Source: Planctomycetota bacterium
GTDB taxonomy: Bacteria > Planctomycetota > UBA1135 > UBA2386
Length of the DNA: 64,000 nucleotides
Assembly (NCBI GenBank): GCA_947501605.1
Contig: CANMWZ010000002.1
Location: forward strand, 64,001-128,000
Direction of reading: 5' to 3'
The notes under the pieces are model-generated. The model worked only from the letters and a program-made list of their open reading frames with translations. It had not been told where the DNA came from and made no database searches. How positions within the stretch are numbered: the first letter of the stretch is position 1; the number at the start of each line of letters is the position of its first letter. This document shows, piece by piece, positions 10,609 to 19,143 of the stretch. Position numbers and translations under genes: made by a program.

Positions 10609-11958
10609 CTACTCGCGCACGATGCCGGCGAGGTTCATGACCTCGTCGACAACTTTGGCGAGCACGAACAGCACCATCTGATCCTGGGCGTGGATCTCGT
10701 CCTCTCCTGTCGGGATCAGGACTTCGCCTTCTTCGCGTGTGATCGCCCCGACGACGCAACCGCGCGGCAGCCCTGCGTCTCGCAGCTTCTTGCCGATCAG
10801 CTTGCTGCCGGGCTGGATCTGGATCTCCAGCACCTCTGCCTTGCCCTCTTCGATCGTGGCGATGGTACTGATGCTGCGACTGCGCACGAACGCGAGGATG
10901 CGATTGGCGCAGAGCAGCCGCGGCGACACGGCGACATCGATGCCCAGTTGTTGGTAGAGCGAGACGTAGTCGGGCTTCTGCACCAGGGCCACGGTCCGAC
11001 CGATGCCGAGGTTGCGCGCCAACTGACACGACATCAGATTCCGTTCGTCCTTGTCGCTGATGCCCAAGAACGCGTTGGCCTCGCCGACGTGCTCCTCCTG
11101 CAAGAAGTTGAGGTCCGTCGCCTCGGCGTGCAGCACAACGACGCCCTGCAGGATCTCCGACAGACGCTCCGCTTCTTCGCGGTCGTCGACGATGACGCGC
11201 GCATTGACGTGGTGCCGCTGCATCGCCTGGCACACCTGCACTGCTACGCCCGAGTTGCCGTAGATGACGACACTCTTCAGGTAGTGCTGCTTGCTACCGG
11301 TCTTGCGCTCGAACGCCGCCATCGCCTTGGGCTCGCCGAGCACGAACACTTCGTCACCAACCGCGAGCACGTCACTACCGCCTGGCACGATCACCTCATG
11401 ATCGCGATCGATCGCGGTGATCAGCACGCCGGCAGGGATCTTGAGGTCCTTGACCGCGACGCCGACGAAGTTGCTGTCTTCATCGAGCTTGAAGCGGCGC
11501 ATCTGCACCTTGCCTTCGGCGAAGTTGTCGACGCCAATCGCCCGGTTGAGACGCACGTTCTTGACGATCTCCTCGGCCGCAAGGTCATCGAGCGACAGGA
11601 GCAAGTCGTAGAGCAGGTTCTTTCGGAAGAAGGTCTTGCTGCGTCGGAACGCCGTCGTGTCCTTCAGCCGGAGCACGGTCTTCTTGGCACCGAGCCTCTT
11701 GCCGAACAGACAGGTCAGCATGTTGACCTTGTCGTCGTTGGACACCGCCAGAACGAGGTCGGCGCTGTGGGCCTCGGCCTTGTCGAGCACATCGGGACGC
11801 GAGCCGTCTCCGTGCACCGATTGCACGTCGAGCAAGTCCGCGACGCGACGCAGTCGATGCAGATCGGGATCGACGATGGTGATGGCGTGGCCTTCGGTCG
11901 AAAGAACCTTCGCGAGATAGGATCCGACTTCGCCGAGGCCGACGATCAGGATGTTCAT
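10609..11958 (-). CDS. trkA: Trk system potassium uptake regulatory subunit
   Basis: MNILIVGLGEVG Rossmann start, two RCK_N/RCK_C pairs, 449 aa. Confidence 0.92.
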   Translation of the reverse strand: MNILIVGLGEVGSYLAKVLSTEGHAITIVDPDLHRLRRVADLLDVQSVHGDGSRPDVLDKAEAHSADLVLAVSNDDKVNMLTCLFGKRLGAKKTVLRLKDTTAFRRSKTFFRKNLLYDLLLSLDDLAAEEIVKNVRLNRAIGVDNFAEGKVQMRRFKLDEDSNFVGVAVKDLKIPAGVLITAIDRDHEVIVPGGSDVLAVGDEVFVLGEPKAMAAFERKTGSKQHYLKSVVIYGNSGVAVQVCQAMQRHHVNARVIVDDREEAERLSEILQGVVVLHAEATDLNFLQEEHVGEANAFLGISDKDERNLMSCQLARNLGIGRTVALVQKPDYVSLYQQLGIDVAVSPRLLCANRILAFVRSRSISTIATIEEGKAEVLEIQIQPGSKLIGKKLRDAGLPRGCVVGAITREEGEVLIPTGEDEIHAQDQMVLFVLAKVVDEVMNLAGIVRE

Positions 11959-11969
11959 GAGCGCGCGAG

Positions 11970-11979
11970 AGGATACTCT
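11970..11979. promoter_or_regulatory. Overlapping divergent -10 boxes: TACTCT (+) and TATCCT (-)
   Basis: AGGATACTCT in the middle of a 31-bp divergent spacer. Confidence 0.55.
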
Positions 11980-11989
11980 CTCCGCCTCC

Positions 11990-12568
11990 TTGATCCTGCT
12001 GTTGGACAACAGGGATTCCTTCGTGTGGAACCTCGCGCAAGCACTCCGCATGCTCGGCGCCGCTGTGCGCGTGCTGCGAAGCGACCATCGCGAGGCCTTC
12101 GAGCCGCCGCCCGCGAACGTGCGAGCGATCGTGCTCTCACCCGGCCCTGGTCGCCCTGAGGATGCCGGCGCCACGATATCGGCGATCCGCAACCTCACCG
12201 GCACGCGGCCGATTCTGGGTGTCTGCCTTGGACACCAGGCCATCGGAGCTGCGTTTGGCGCGCGGGTCGACCGCGGCGATCCGTGCCACGGGCGCACCTC
12301 GCCGGTGCAGCACGACGGCAGCGCGCTATTCGTCGGCGTACCGCAGGACGCGATGTTCTGCCGCTACCACTCGCTCTGCGTCCATCCACCATTGCCCGCC
12401 GAACTGAAGGCGACAGCTTGGTTGGCAGACGGCACGATCATGGCGTTGCGCCATCGCGATCACCCGACCTTCGGCGTGCAGTTTCATCCCGAGTCCTTCC
12501 GCTCTCCTCACGGTATGCAACTGCTGCAGAACTTCGTTCACCTCACCCACGCGTGGGTTTCCAAGTGA
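11990..12568 (+). CDS. Anthranilate/aminodeoxychorismate synthase glutamine amidotransferase component II (TrpG/PabA)
   Basis: ILLLDNRDSFVWNL, LSPGPG, GVCLGHQ, RYHSL, GVQFHPES; TTG start. Confidence 0.92.
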   Translation: MILLLDNRDSFVWNLAQALRMLGAAVRVLRSDHREAFEPPPANVRAIVLSPGPGRPEDAGATISAIRNLTGTRPILGVCLGHQAIGAAFGARVDRGDPCHGRTSPVQHDGSALFVGVPQDAMFCRYHSLCVHPPLPAELKATAWLADGTIMALRHRDHPTFGVQFHPESFRSPHGMQLLQNFVHLTHAWVSK

Positions 12569-13473
12569 GCGACGCGCCCGTACTCGATCTGATCGCAGTG
12601 CAGAAGCACTTCGGCGCCGTACAGGTGTTGCGCGGCATTGACCTCCGCGTGGAACGCGGCGAGTTCCTCGGCCTGGTCGCACCCAACGGTGCTGGCAAGT
12701 CGACCCTGCTGCGACTGCTGATCGGCATGCACCGACGAACGTCCGGCCAATGCTCGGTCTTCGCGCTGGATCCCGACCAGAGCTCCCTCGCCATCCGCTC
12801 CCGGACCTCATACCTCCCAGGTGAGACTTCCGTCTACCAGCAGATGACCGGAGCGAGCTTCCTGCAGTTTGCCCAGTCGTTCCATCGCGGCCGCGACGCT
12901 GCGATCGAGCGCCGACTGGTCGAGCTGTTTGCCTTGCCGCTGCAAGCCCGAGTGCGCAGCTACTCAGCCGGCATGAAGCAGAAACTCGCCATCCTCGCCG
13001 CGCTTTCGGTCGAGGTCGAACTCTACCTCCTCGACGAACCGGATCGCGCTCTCGATGCAACGATGCGCATGGAGTTGCGGCAGGTCTTGCGCGACCTGCA
13101 CGACGCCGGCAAGACACTGGTGCTGAGTTCACACCATCTGGAAGAACTGCAGGCCCTGGCGACGCGCTTGCAGTTCCTGCGCAGCGGCACCCTCGTTCCC
13201 GACGCCGAAGTAGAGCGCACTCGAACCCAGTTGCAGCGTCGCTTCCGCTTGCGCTTGGCGCGCGATCTGCCACTGCCCGCTGGCGCAACCATCCTTCGCC
13301 GCGAAGGCGACGGCACCTTGCTGCTCGAGGTCGGGGACAGCCCCGCAGCTTGGCTTCACACCTTGCCGCCAGACGCCGTGCGCGCGACCGAGCTCGGCAA
13401 CGCGCGCCTCGAGGACCTGTACGAAGTGCTCTTCCTGCAACAACCCGCCGCCAGGACAGGAGCCGCCCCATGA
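12565..13473 (+). CDS. ABC transporter ATP-binding protein
   Basis: PNGAGKST, YSAGMKQK, LLDEP, SSHHL; GTGA overlap. Confidence 0.9.
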   Translation: MSDAPVLDLIAVQKHFGAVQVLRGIDLRVERGEFLGLVAPNGAGKSTLLRLLIGMHRRTSGQCSVFALDPDQSSLAIRSRTSYLPGETSVYQQMTGASFLQFAQSFHRGRDAAIERRLVELFALPLQARVRSYSAGMKQKLAILAALSVEVELYLLDEPDRALDATMRMELRQVLRDLHDAGKTLVLSSHHLEELQALATRLQFLRSGTLVPDAEVERTRTQLQRRFRLRLARDLPLPAGATILRREGDGTLLLEVGDSPAAWLHTLPPDAVRATELGNARLEDLYEVLFLQQPAARTGAAP

Positions 13474-14282
13474 TCGCGAGGAAGACGTTTCGCGAGGTCT
13501 GGCTGATGACCCTGGTCTACGCCTTGATGATGGTGATCCTGCAGGTGCCGGTCATCCTGATGTGGCCCGAGCTGTACGACGACCTCAAGAAGTCGGCATT
13601 GCTGCGCAACGCTGGCTTTGACTTCCTCCAGCGCATTGGCGCCGGGGTCACCGATCACCAGGAGACCATCGCGTACCGAAACTGGATCGCAGTGATGCTC
13701 TTCTTGCGCAGTGTCAATCTGCTGGGCATCGCCGCCAGCGTGCTGCTGGGAACGGCGCTGTTCGCCCGCGAACGGGAAACGCAGACGTTGGAGTTTCTGC
13801 TGACGCGCCCGGTATCGCGAGGCGCCGTCCTTTGGCAGAAAAGCTGGCCCGTGATCCTCTGCGTGGTGTGCCCGATCTTCGTCGTCAACACCAGCGCGAT
13901 TCTATGGAGCTGGCAAATCGAGATGGACCTGCCCCTCGCACCACTGACGTTGGCCAACCTGCACGGCTCGCTGTTCGTACTGGCGATCCTGGCGATGACG
14001 ACCTTCGTGTCGGTGAAGTGCCGCGTCCAAGCGCACGTGGCCTTTTGGGTCGGCGGCATCGTCGTCCTCCAACTCGGCCTCTATCTCATTCCGCGCGTTC
14101 GCCGTTTCAGCCTGTTTCGTCTATCGGACTTCGAATGGTACGGACCGATCCTCGCTGGCAACATCGGCCTGCCTGAGATGTTCGTCCCCGGCATCGGTCC
14201 GGCGCACTCGCTGTGGCTGCTGCTCGCAACACTCGTGTTCTACGGGCTCGCTTGGCGGGCGCTGCGCAACCTGGAACTCTGA
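13470..14282 (+). CDS. ABC-2 type exporter permease
   Basis: Multi-TM protein with ERETQTLEFLLTRPVSR motif; ATGA overlap with the ATPase. Confidence 0.85.
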   Translation: MIARKTFREVWLMTLVYALMMVILQVPVILMWPELYDDLKKSALLRNAGFDFLQRIGAGVTDHQETIAYRNWIAVMLFLRSVNLLGIAASVLLGTALFARERETQTLEFLLTRPVSRGAVLWQKSWPVILCVVCPIFVVNTSAILWSWQIEMDLPLAPLTLANLHGSLFVLAILAMTTFVSVKCRVQAHVAFWVGGIVVLQLGLYLIPRVRRFSLFRLSDFEWYGPILAGNIGLPEMFVPGIGPAHSLWLLLATLVFYGLAWRALRNLEL

Positions 14283-14284
14283 GC

Positions 14285-15655
14285 ATGGTGCCCTTCCTCG
14301 TGGGTCTGACCTTGCTGGGCGAAGTGCTCCGCGCCCTCTCGACACCGGTTCGACTCTTGATGTACCTGCCGCGACGCCATCACTGGCGCCGGCTCGCACA
14401 ACAGGCGCTCGAGGAAGCCGCCGGCGAGGATGCGACCAAGCAGACCGACGAGGCCGTGTTGCAGAAGCTGTTGCTGCGCGCCAAAGCCAGCGGACGGCGA
14501 AGGCCACCCGGCCAGACCGCCCGCATTTTCGTGTCCGCGGGCGAAGCCAGCGGCGAGGCGCATGCGGCACGACTGGTGAAGGCACTCGGCCCCCGCGTCG
14601 AGGTCACAGCCTTTGGCGGATCGCTGTTGCGCGCCGCGGGAGCCGACGTCCGCTACCCGCTCAGCGAGCATGCAGTAATGGGCCTCGTTGCAGTGCTGAA
14701 GCAGTTGCCCCTCATCGTGCGCGCGTATGCCACGTTCCTGCGCCTTCTCCGCAGCGCGCCGCCTGATCTCGTCGTACTCGTCGACTACCCAGGACTCCAT
14801 CTCGTCATGGCCAAGGCCTGCCGCCGCCACGGCGTACCAGTGCTGCACTACGTGGCGCCACAGTATTGGGCTTGGGGGCCGTGGCGGATGCGTCGCTACC
14901 GCCGCTCGATGGACGCAACCCTGACGATCCTGCCGTTCGAGACCGCGTTCTTCCGCCGTTTCGACGTGCCGGCGCGCTACATCGGCCACCCGCTGCTCGA
15001 CCAACTCGCGGCCAGCCCGCCCGAAGCTGCCGCCGTCGCGGCGGTACGAGCACGGCCGACGCTGTGCCTGCTGCCTGGTTCGCGCCGCTCCGAGATCGAA
15101 GCCAACCTCCCGGGGATGCTGCAAGTCGCGACCGCACTACGGGCGGACCATCCAGCGCTCCGCATCGTCATCCCCCATCGTGATCCTCGTCGCGCCGAGC
15201 TGATCCGCACCCTGCTGCACGAGTGCAAGGTCGACGCCGTCGAATTCCACTGTGGCCCACTAGCACCGTGGCTCGCCGGTTCGCGACTCGTCGTGGCAAA
15301 ATCCGGGACGGGCTCGCTGGAAGCCTGCTTGTTCGGCAACCCGGTGATCGTCGTCTACAAGCTGAGAGGCATGCTGGCGTCCCTCGGTTACCACAACATC
15401 CTCAGCGTGCCGTTCATCGCTGCTGCGAATCTGATCGCCAACACAAGGGTCGTGCCCGAGTTCTGCTTCCATGGTGAGCACGGCTTTGCGCGAGTCGCGG
15501 CAGCCGCCCGCGAGCTGTTCGTCGACGGCCCCGCGCGCACGGCGTGTATCGACGGTTTGGCCCGCGTGCGCGGGAGACTCGGCGGGCCGGGCGCCACCGA
15601 ACGCACCGTCGCGCTCATCGAGAGCTTCCTTCACGCCGCCGCGTTGCCAGCATGA
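14285..15655 (+). CDS. lpxB: Lipid-A-disaccharide synthase with N-terminal extension
   Basis: SAGEASGE, VDYPG, YVAPQYWAW, ILPFE, GHPL, LPGSRRSEI, KSGTGSLE. Confidence 0.9.
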   Translation: MVPFLVGLTLLGEVLRALSTPVRLLMYLPRRHHWRRLAQQALEEAAGEDATKQTDEAVLQKLLLRAKASGRRRPPGQTARIFVSAGEASGEAHAARLVKALGPRVEVTAFGGSLLRAAGADVRYPLSEHAVMGLVAVLKQLPLIVRAYATFLRLLRSAPPDLVVLVDYPGLHLVMAKACRRHGVPVLHYVAPQYWAWGPWRMRRYRRSMDATLTILPFETAFFRRFDVPARYIGHPLLDQLAASPPEAAAVAAVRARPTLCLLPGSRRSEIEANLPGMLQVATALRADHPALRIVIPHRDPRRAELIRTLLHECKVDAVEFHCGPLAPWLAGSRLVVAKSGTGSLEACLFGNPVIVVYKLRGMLASLGYHNILSVPFIAAANLIANTRVVPEFCFHGEHGFARVAAAARELFVDGPARTACIDGLARVRGRLGGPGATERTVALIESFLHAAALPA

Positions 15656-17460
15656 GCCACGCACCCTTGCTGGACCTGCGGGCGCTGATGTCGCTGCTGC
15701 GTCAAGAAGGCGAGCTTCGCGTCATCGAGACCGAGGTCGACTCCGACCTGGAAGCCGCCGAAGTCCATCGCCGCGTGATCGCTGCTGGCGGGCCCGCCCT
15801 GTTGTTCCGCAACATCAAGGGCTCCTCCTGGCCCGCGATCACCAACCTCTTTGGCACCGCGCGCCGTGTCGAACTCGCGTTTGGCAAGGACCCGCAGCGA
15901 CTCATCGCCCGACTCGCCGATGCGCCGCACACCATGCTGCCACCGAGCATCGGCAAGCTCTGGCAGCAGCGCGATCTGATCGGTTCCCTTCTGCGCGTCG
16001 GCCGCCGCCACGTCAGCCGCCCAGCCGTCGCCGCCTGCATCGACACACCACCGCGATTGTCGCGCCTGCCGCTGCTGCGAACGTGGAAAGAGGACGGCGG
16101 TGCCTTCGTGACCCTGCCGCTGGTCTACACCGAACACCCATCTGGGCTCGGCTCGAACCTCGGCATGTATCGCATCCAGCGGTTCGACGATGACCACGCG
16201 GGCTTGCATGCGCAGATCGGCAAGGGCGGTGGCTTTCACCTTGCCGAGTACGAGCGCCAGGGACGCGCGATGCCAGTCAACGTCTTCATCGGCGGCCCCC
16301 CGGCGCTGATCTTGTCGGCGATTGCGCCCTTGCCCGAAAACGTCCCCGAGTTGCTGCTGTGCTCCTTGCTGCTCGGCCAACGACTGCGCAGCGCGAAGAA
16401 TCCAAAAGGCCCGCTACCACTGATCGCCGACTGCGAGTTCTGCATCGTCGGCCATGTACAGCCAGGCGACCGCCATCCCGAGGGCCCCTTTGGCGACCAC
16501 TACGGCTACTACTCGCTGCGTCATGACTACCCGCGGATCACCGTCGATGCGCTGCTGCATCGGCGCGACCCGATCCTGACGGCGACCGTAGTTGGCAAGC
16601 CGCGCCAGGAAGATTTCTTCCTCGGCGACTACCTGCAAGAACTGCTGTTGCCGTTGTGCAAGGTGGCCATGCCCGGCGTCACCGACCTGTGGTCCTACGG
16701 CGAGACCGGTTACCACTCACTGGCCGCCGCCGTGGTCCAGCAGCGCTACAAGCGCGAAGCGATGGCCGCAGCCTTTCGCATCCTCGGTGAGGGCCAACTG
16801 TCGCTGACGAAGTTCTTGCTGCTCACCGACCGCGGCATCGATCTGCGCGACTTCCGGGCGACGCTGGAGCACATCCTGGCACGCGCGAACTTCGCCACCG
16901 ACCTCTACGTGTTCGGCAACCTGTCGATGGACACTCTCGACTACTCGGGACCACAGGTGAACGAGGGCAGCAAGGGCGTGCTGCTGGGACTGGGCGAACC
17001 GATCCGCGAACTGCCGAGCGAGCTGCGCGGCGAACTCCCACCGGGTTTTGCGAACGCGATCCCCTTCTGCCGCGGCTGCGCAGTGGTACAAGGACCGACC
17101 TTCGCCAAGGAACCGCTCGCGGCTCGGCGGCTCACGGAGGTGCCGATGTTCGACAACTGGCCGTTGGTGGTCCTGGTCGACGACAGCGCCCGCGCCGCGA
17201 AGTCAGTCGTCAACTTCTTGTGGACCACCTTCACCCGCTTCGAGCCAGCAGCGGACATGCACGCGCGTTCGCTGCGCGTCGTACGCCACCAGCCGAGCTA
17301 CACGCCGCCGATCGTGATCGATGCGCGCATGAAGCCGAGCTACCCGGACGAGTTGTTCTGCGATGCGAACACCGCCAGGCTCGTCGACCGCCGCTGGAAC
17401 GAGTACTTTCCTGACGGCAATGTCGCGATGGGCGACAGCGACCGCGGCCATCTCGATTGA
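15652..17460 (+). CDS. UbiD-family (prFMN-dependent) decarboxylase, long form
   Basis: NLFGT, NLGMYRIQ, EGPFGDHYGYYS, VVGKPRQED. Confidence 0.9.
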   Translation: MSHAPLLDLRALMSLLRQEGELRVIETEVDSDLEAAEVHRRVIAAGGPALLFRNIKGSSWPAITNLFGTARRVELAFGKDPQRLIARLADAPHTMLPPSIGKLWQQRDLIGSLLRVGRRHVSRPAVAACIDTPPRLSRLPLLRTWKEDGGAFVTLPLVYTEHPSGLGSNLGMYRIQRFDDDHAGLHAQIGKGGGFHLAEYERQGRAMPVNVFIGGPPALILSAIAPLPENVPELLLCSLLLGQRLRSAKNPKGPLPLIADCEFCIVGHVQPGDRHPEGPFGDHYGYYSLRHDYPRITVDALLHRRDPILTATVVGKPRQEDFFLGDYLQELLLPLCKVAMPGVTDLWSYGETGYHSLAAAVVQQRYKREAMAAAFRILGEGQLSLTKFLLLTDRGIDLRDFRATLEHILARANFATDLYVFGNLSMDTLDYSGPQVNEGSKGVLLGLGEPIRELPSELRGELPPGFANAIPFCRGCAVVQGPTFAKEPLAARRLTEVPMFDNWPLVVLVDDSARAAKSVVNFLWTTFTRFEPAADMHARSLRVVRHQPSYTPPIVIDARMKPSYPDELFCDANTARLVDRRWNEYFPDGNVAMGDSDRGHLD

Positions 17461-17499
17461 CCGACCGCACCAACCCCAATCCCACAAGCGAGTGAATCC

Positions 17500-17817
17500 G
17501 TGACCTACCGCGACCTGAGCCCTGAAGCCGTGCAGAAGGAACTGCAGAACGACCCCACCCTGAAGGTGCTCGACGTGCGCACCGCGATGGAGCACAAGCT
17601 CTACCGCTTACCTGGCTCCGTGCTGCTGCCAGTCCAGGAGCTGGCCCAACGCGCGGCGGAGCTCGACGAGGACACCCACTGGCTCGTCTATTGCGAACAC
17701 GGTCGGCGGAGCTTGTCTGCCTGTGACATCCTGGCGCAGAAGGGCTTCGCCAAGCTCACGAACCTCCAGGGCGGCATCGCGCACTGGATCGGACGTGGCT
17801 TGCCGGTCCAGCGCTGA
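17500..17817 (+). CDS. Rhodanese-like domain protein
   Basis: LDVRT..EH, YCEHGRRS, NLQGGIAHW. Confidence 0.88.
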   Translation: MTYRDLSPEAVQKELQNDPTLKVLDVRTAMEHKLYRLPGSVLLPVQELAQRAAELDEDTHWLVYCEHGRRSLSACDILAQKGFAKLTNLQGGIAHWIGRGLPVQR

Positions 17818-17854
17818 GTTGCGCAGCGACCGCGCCATCGCGCAGCACCAGAGT

Positions 17855-18991
17855 TCAGCGCGGCCAGGCTTTGACGGCGGCTTCGCAATCTGCGAGCGAC
17901 GGCACCAGCGCGACCCGAACGTAGCGATCCTGCCGCGCGCCGAACCACGTGCCGGGCACCACGAGGATCCCATGCTCGCGCAAGTGCGCCGCGTGGTCGA
18001 CGCCGTTGGACCCGAGCGGCACCTGCACCCAGAGATACATGCCGGCATCGGTGGCGTGCACGGACAGACCAAGGCTCTTGAACAGACCGAGCATCAGTTC
18101 GCGCTTCTTCCCCAACAGCTGTCGCCGCACTTCGACATGAGCGCCATCGCGCCAAGCCACGACGCTGGCAGCCTGGACGAAGTCTTGCGGGGTCACGCCC
18201 ATGGCCGCGCGGAACTGCCGGTAGTGCGCGATCGTGTCGGCGCACCCGGCGACGAAACCACTGCGATAGCCCGCCATCGCCGATCGCTGGCTCAGCGTGT
18301 GCACTGCGAGGCAGCCCTTCCGACCGAACTGCAGCAGGCTCTTTGGCCGCTGCGTACCGTAGTAGAGATCCACTTGGCTCTCGTCGCAAACGAGCGTGAA
18401 GCCGTACTCCTCGCGGGCTGCGACCCATGCCGTGAACACCGAATCGGGCAACACCTGCCCCGTCGGATCATGGGGTGAATTCAAGAACACCATGGCGGCG
18501 CGACGCAGCACGGCCTCGGGCACAGTTTCGGGATCGGCGCAGTAGCAATTCTCGGGTCCGAGCGGAATCGGGTAGGTCCACGCCTCGGCGAACAAAGCCC
18601 CCGTCTCACACACGGGATCGGCGGGCTCCCCGTAGAGGACGAGGTCCTTCTCGCTCGGCACCTGCACGAGCACCTGTGGCAAATGGAAGAGCGCTTCGGT
18701 GCTCCCCATCGTCGGAAGGATCTCCGTTTCGGCGTCGAGGCCGACGCCAAAGCGCTCGCGAAAGTAGCCGGCGATGGCAGCGCGCAGATCGGGGCGTCCT
18801 GCAAGGCGCGGATACGGGCTGGTGGTCGGAACCGCATCCACCAGAGCGGCGCGGATCGCAGGTGCGACCGGCTCGATCGGGTCACCAGCCCCGAAATCGA
18901 ACACGCGCACCCCACGCGTTTGCATCTCGAGCTTGTGCTGTTCGAGAGCGACCATCGGATAGGTACCGAGTTTACGCAGGCGATCGTTCAT
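17855..18991 (-). CDS. Class I/II aminotransferase (DapC/DapL-like) lacking the PLP-binding lysine
   Basis: FGAGDP, NSPHDPTG, CDES, HTLSQRSAMAGYRSGF, YVRVALV. Confidence 0.8.
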   Translation of the reverse strand: MNDRLRKLGTYPMVALEQHKLEMQTRGVRVFDFGAGDPIEPVAPAIRAALVDAVPTTSPYPRLAGRPDLRAAIAGYFRERFGVGLDAETEILPTMGSTEALFHLPQVLVQVPSEKDLVLYGEPADPVCETGALFAEAWTYPIPLGPENCYCADPETVPEAVLRRAAMVFLNSPHDPTGQVLPDSVFTAWVAAREEYGFTLVCDESQVDLYYGTQRPKSLLQFGRKGCLAVHTLSQRSAMAGYRSGFVAGCADTIAHYRQFRAAMGVTPQDFVQAASVVAWRDGAHVEVRRQLLGKKRELMLGLFKSLGLSVHATDAGMYLWVQVPLGSNGVDHAAHLREHGILVVPGTWFGARQDRYVRVALVPSLADCEAAVKAWPR

Positions 18992-19143
18992 GGCGTCCGT
19001 GGCGGCACCGCGGCCGCAGCGTGCACCATACGCGACAAGGTGCGGCGAGACCTCATTCGCGATCGCCAGCTAGTTGAACCGCGGCGGCAGCATTTCCGTT
19101 TGTGGCGCCGCTGCGCCACACCTACCCTCTCGCGCCAATCGCC

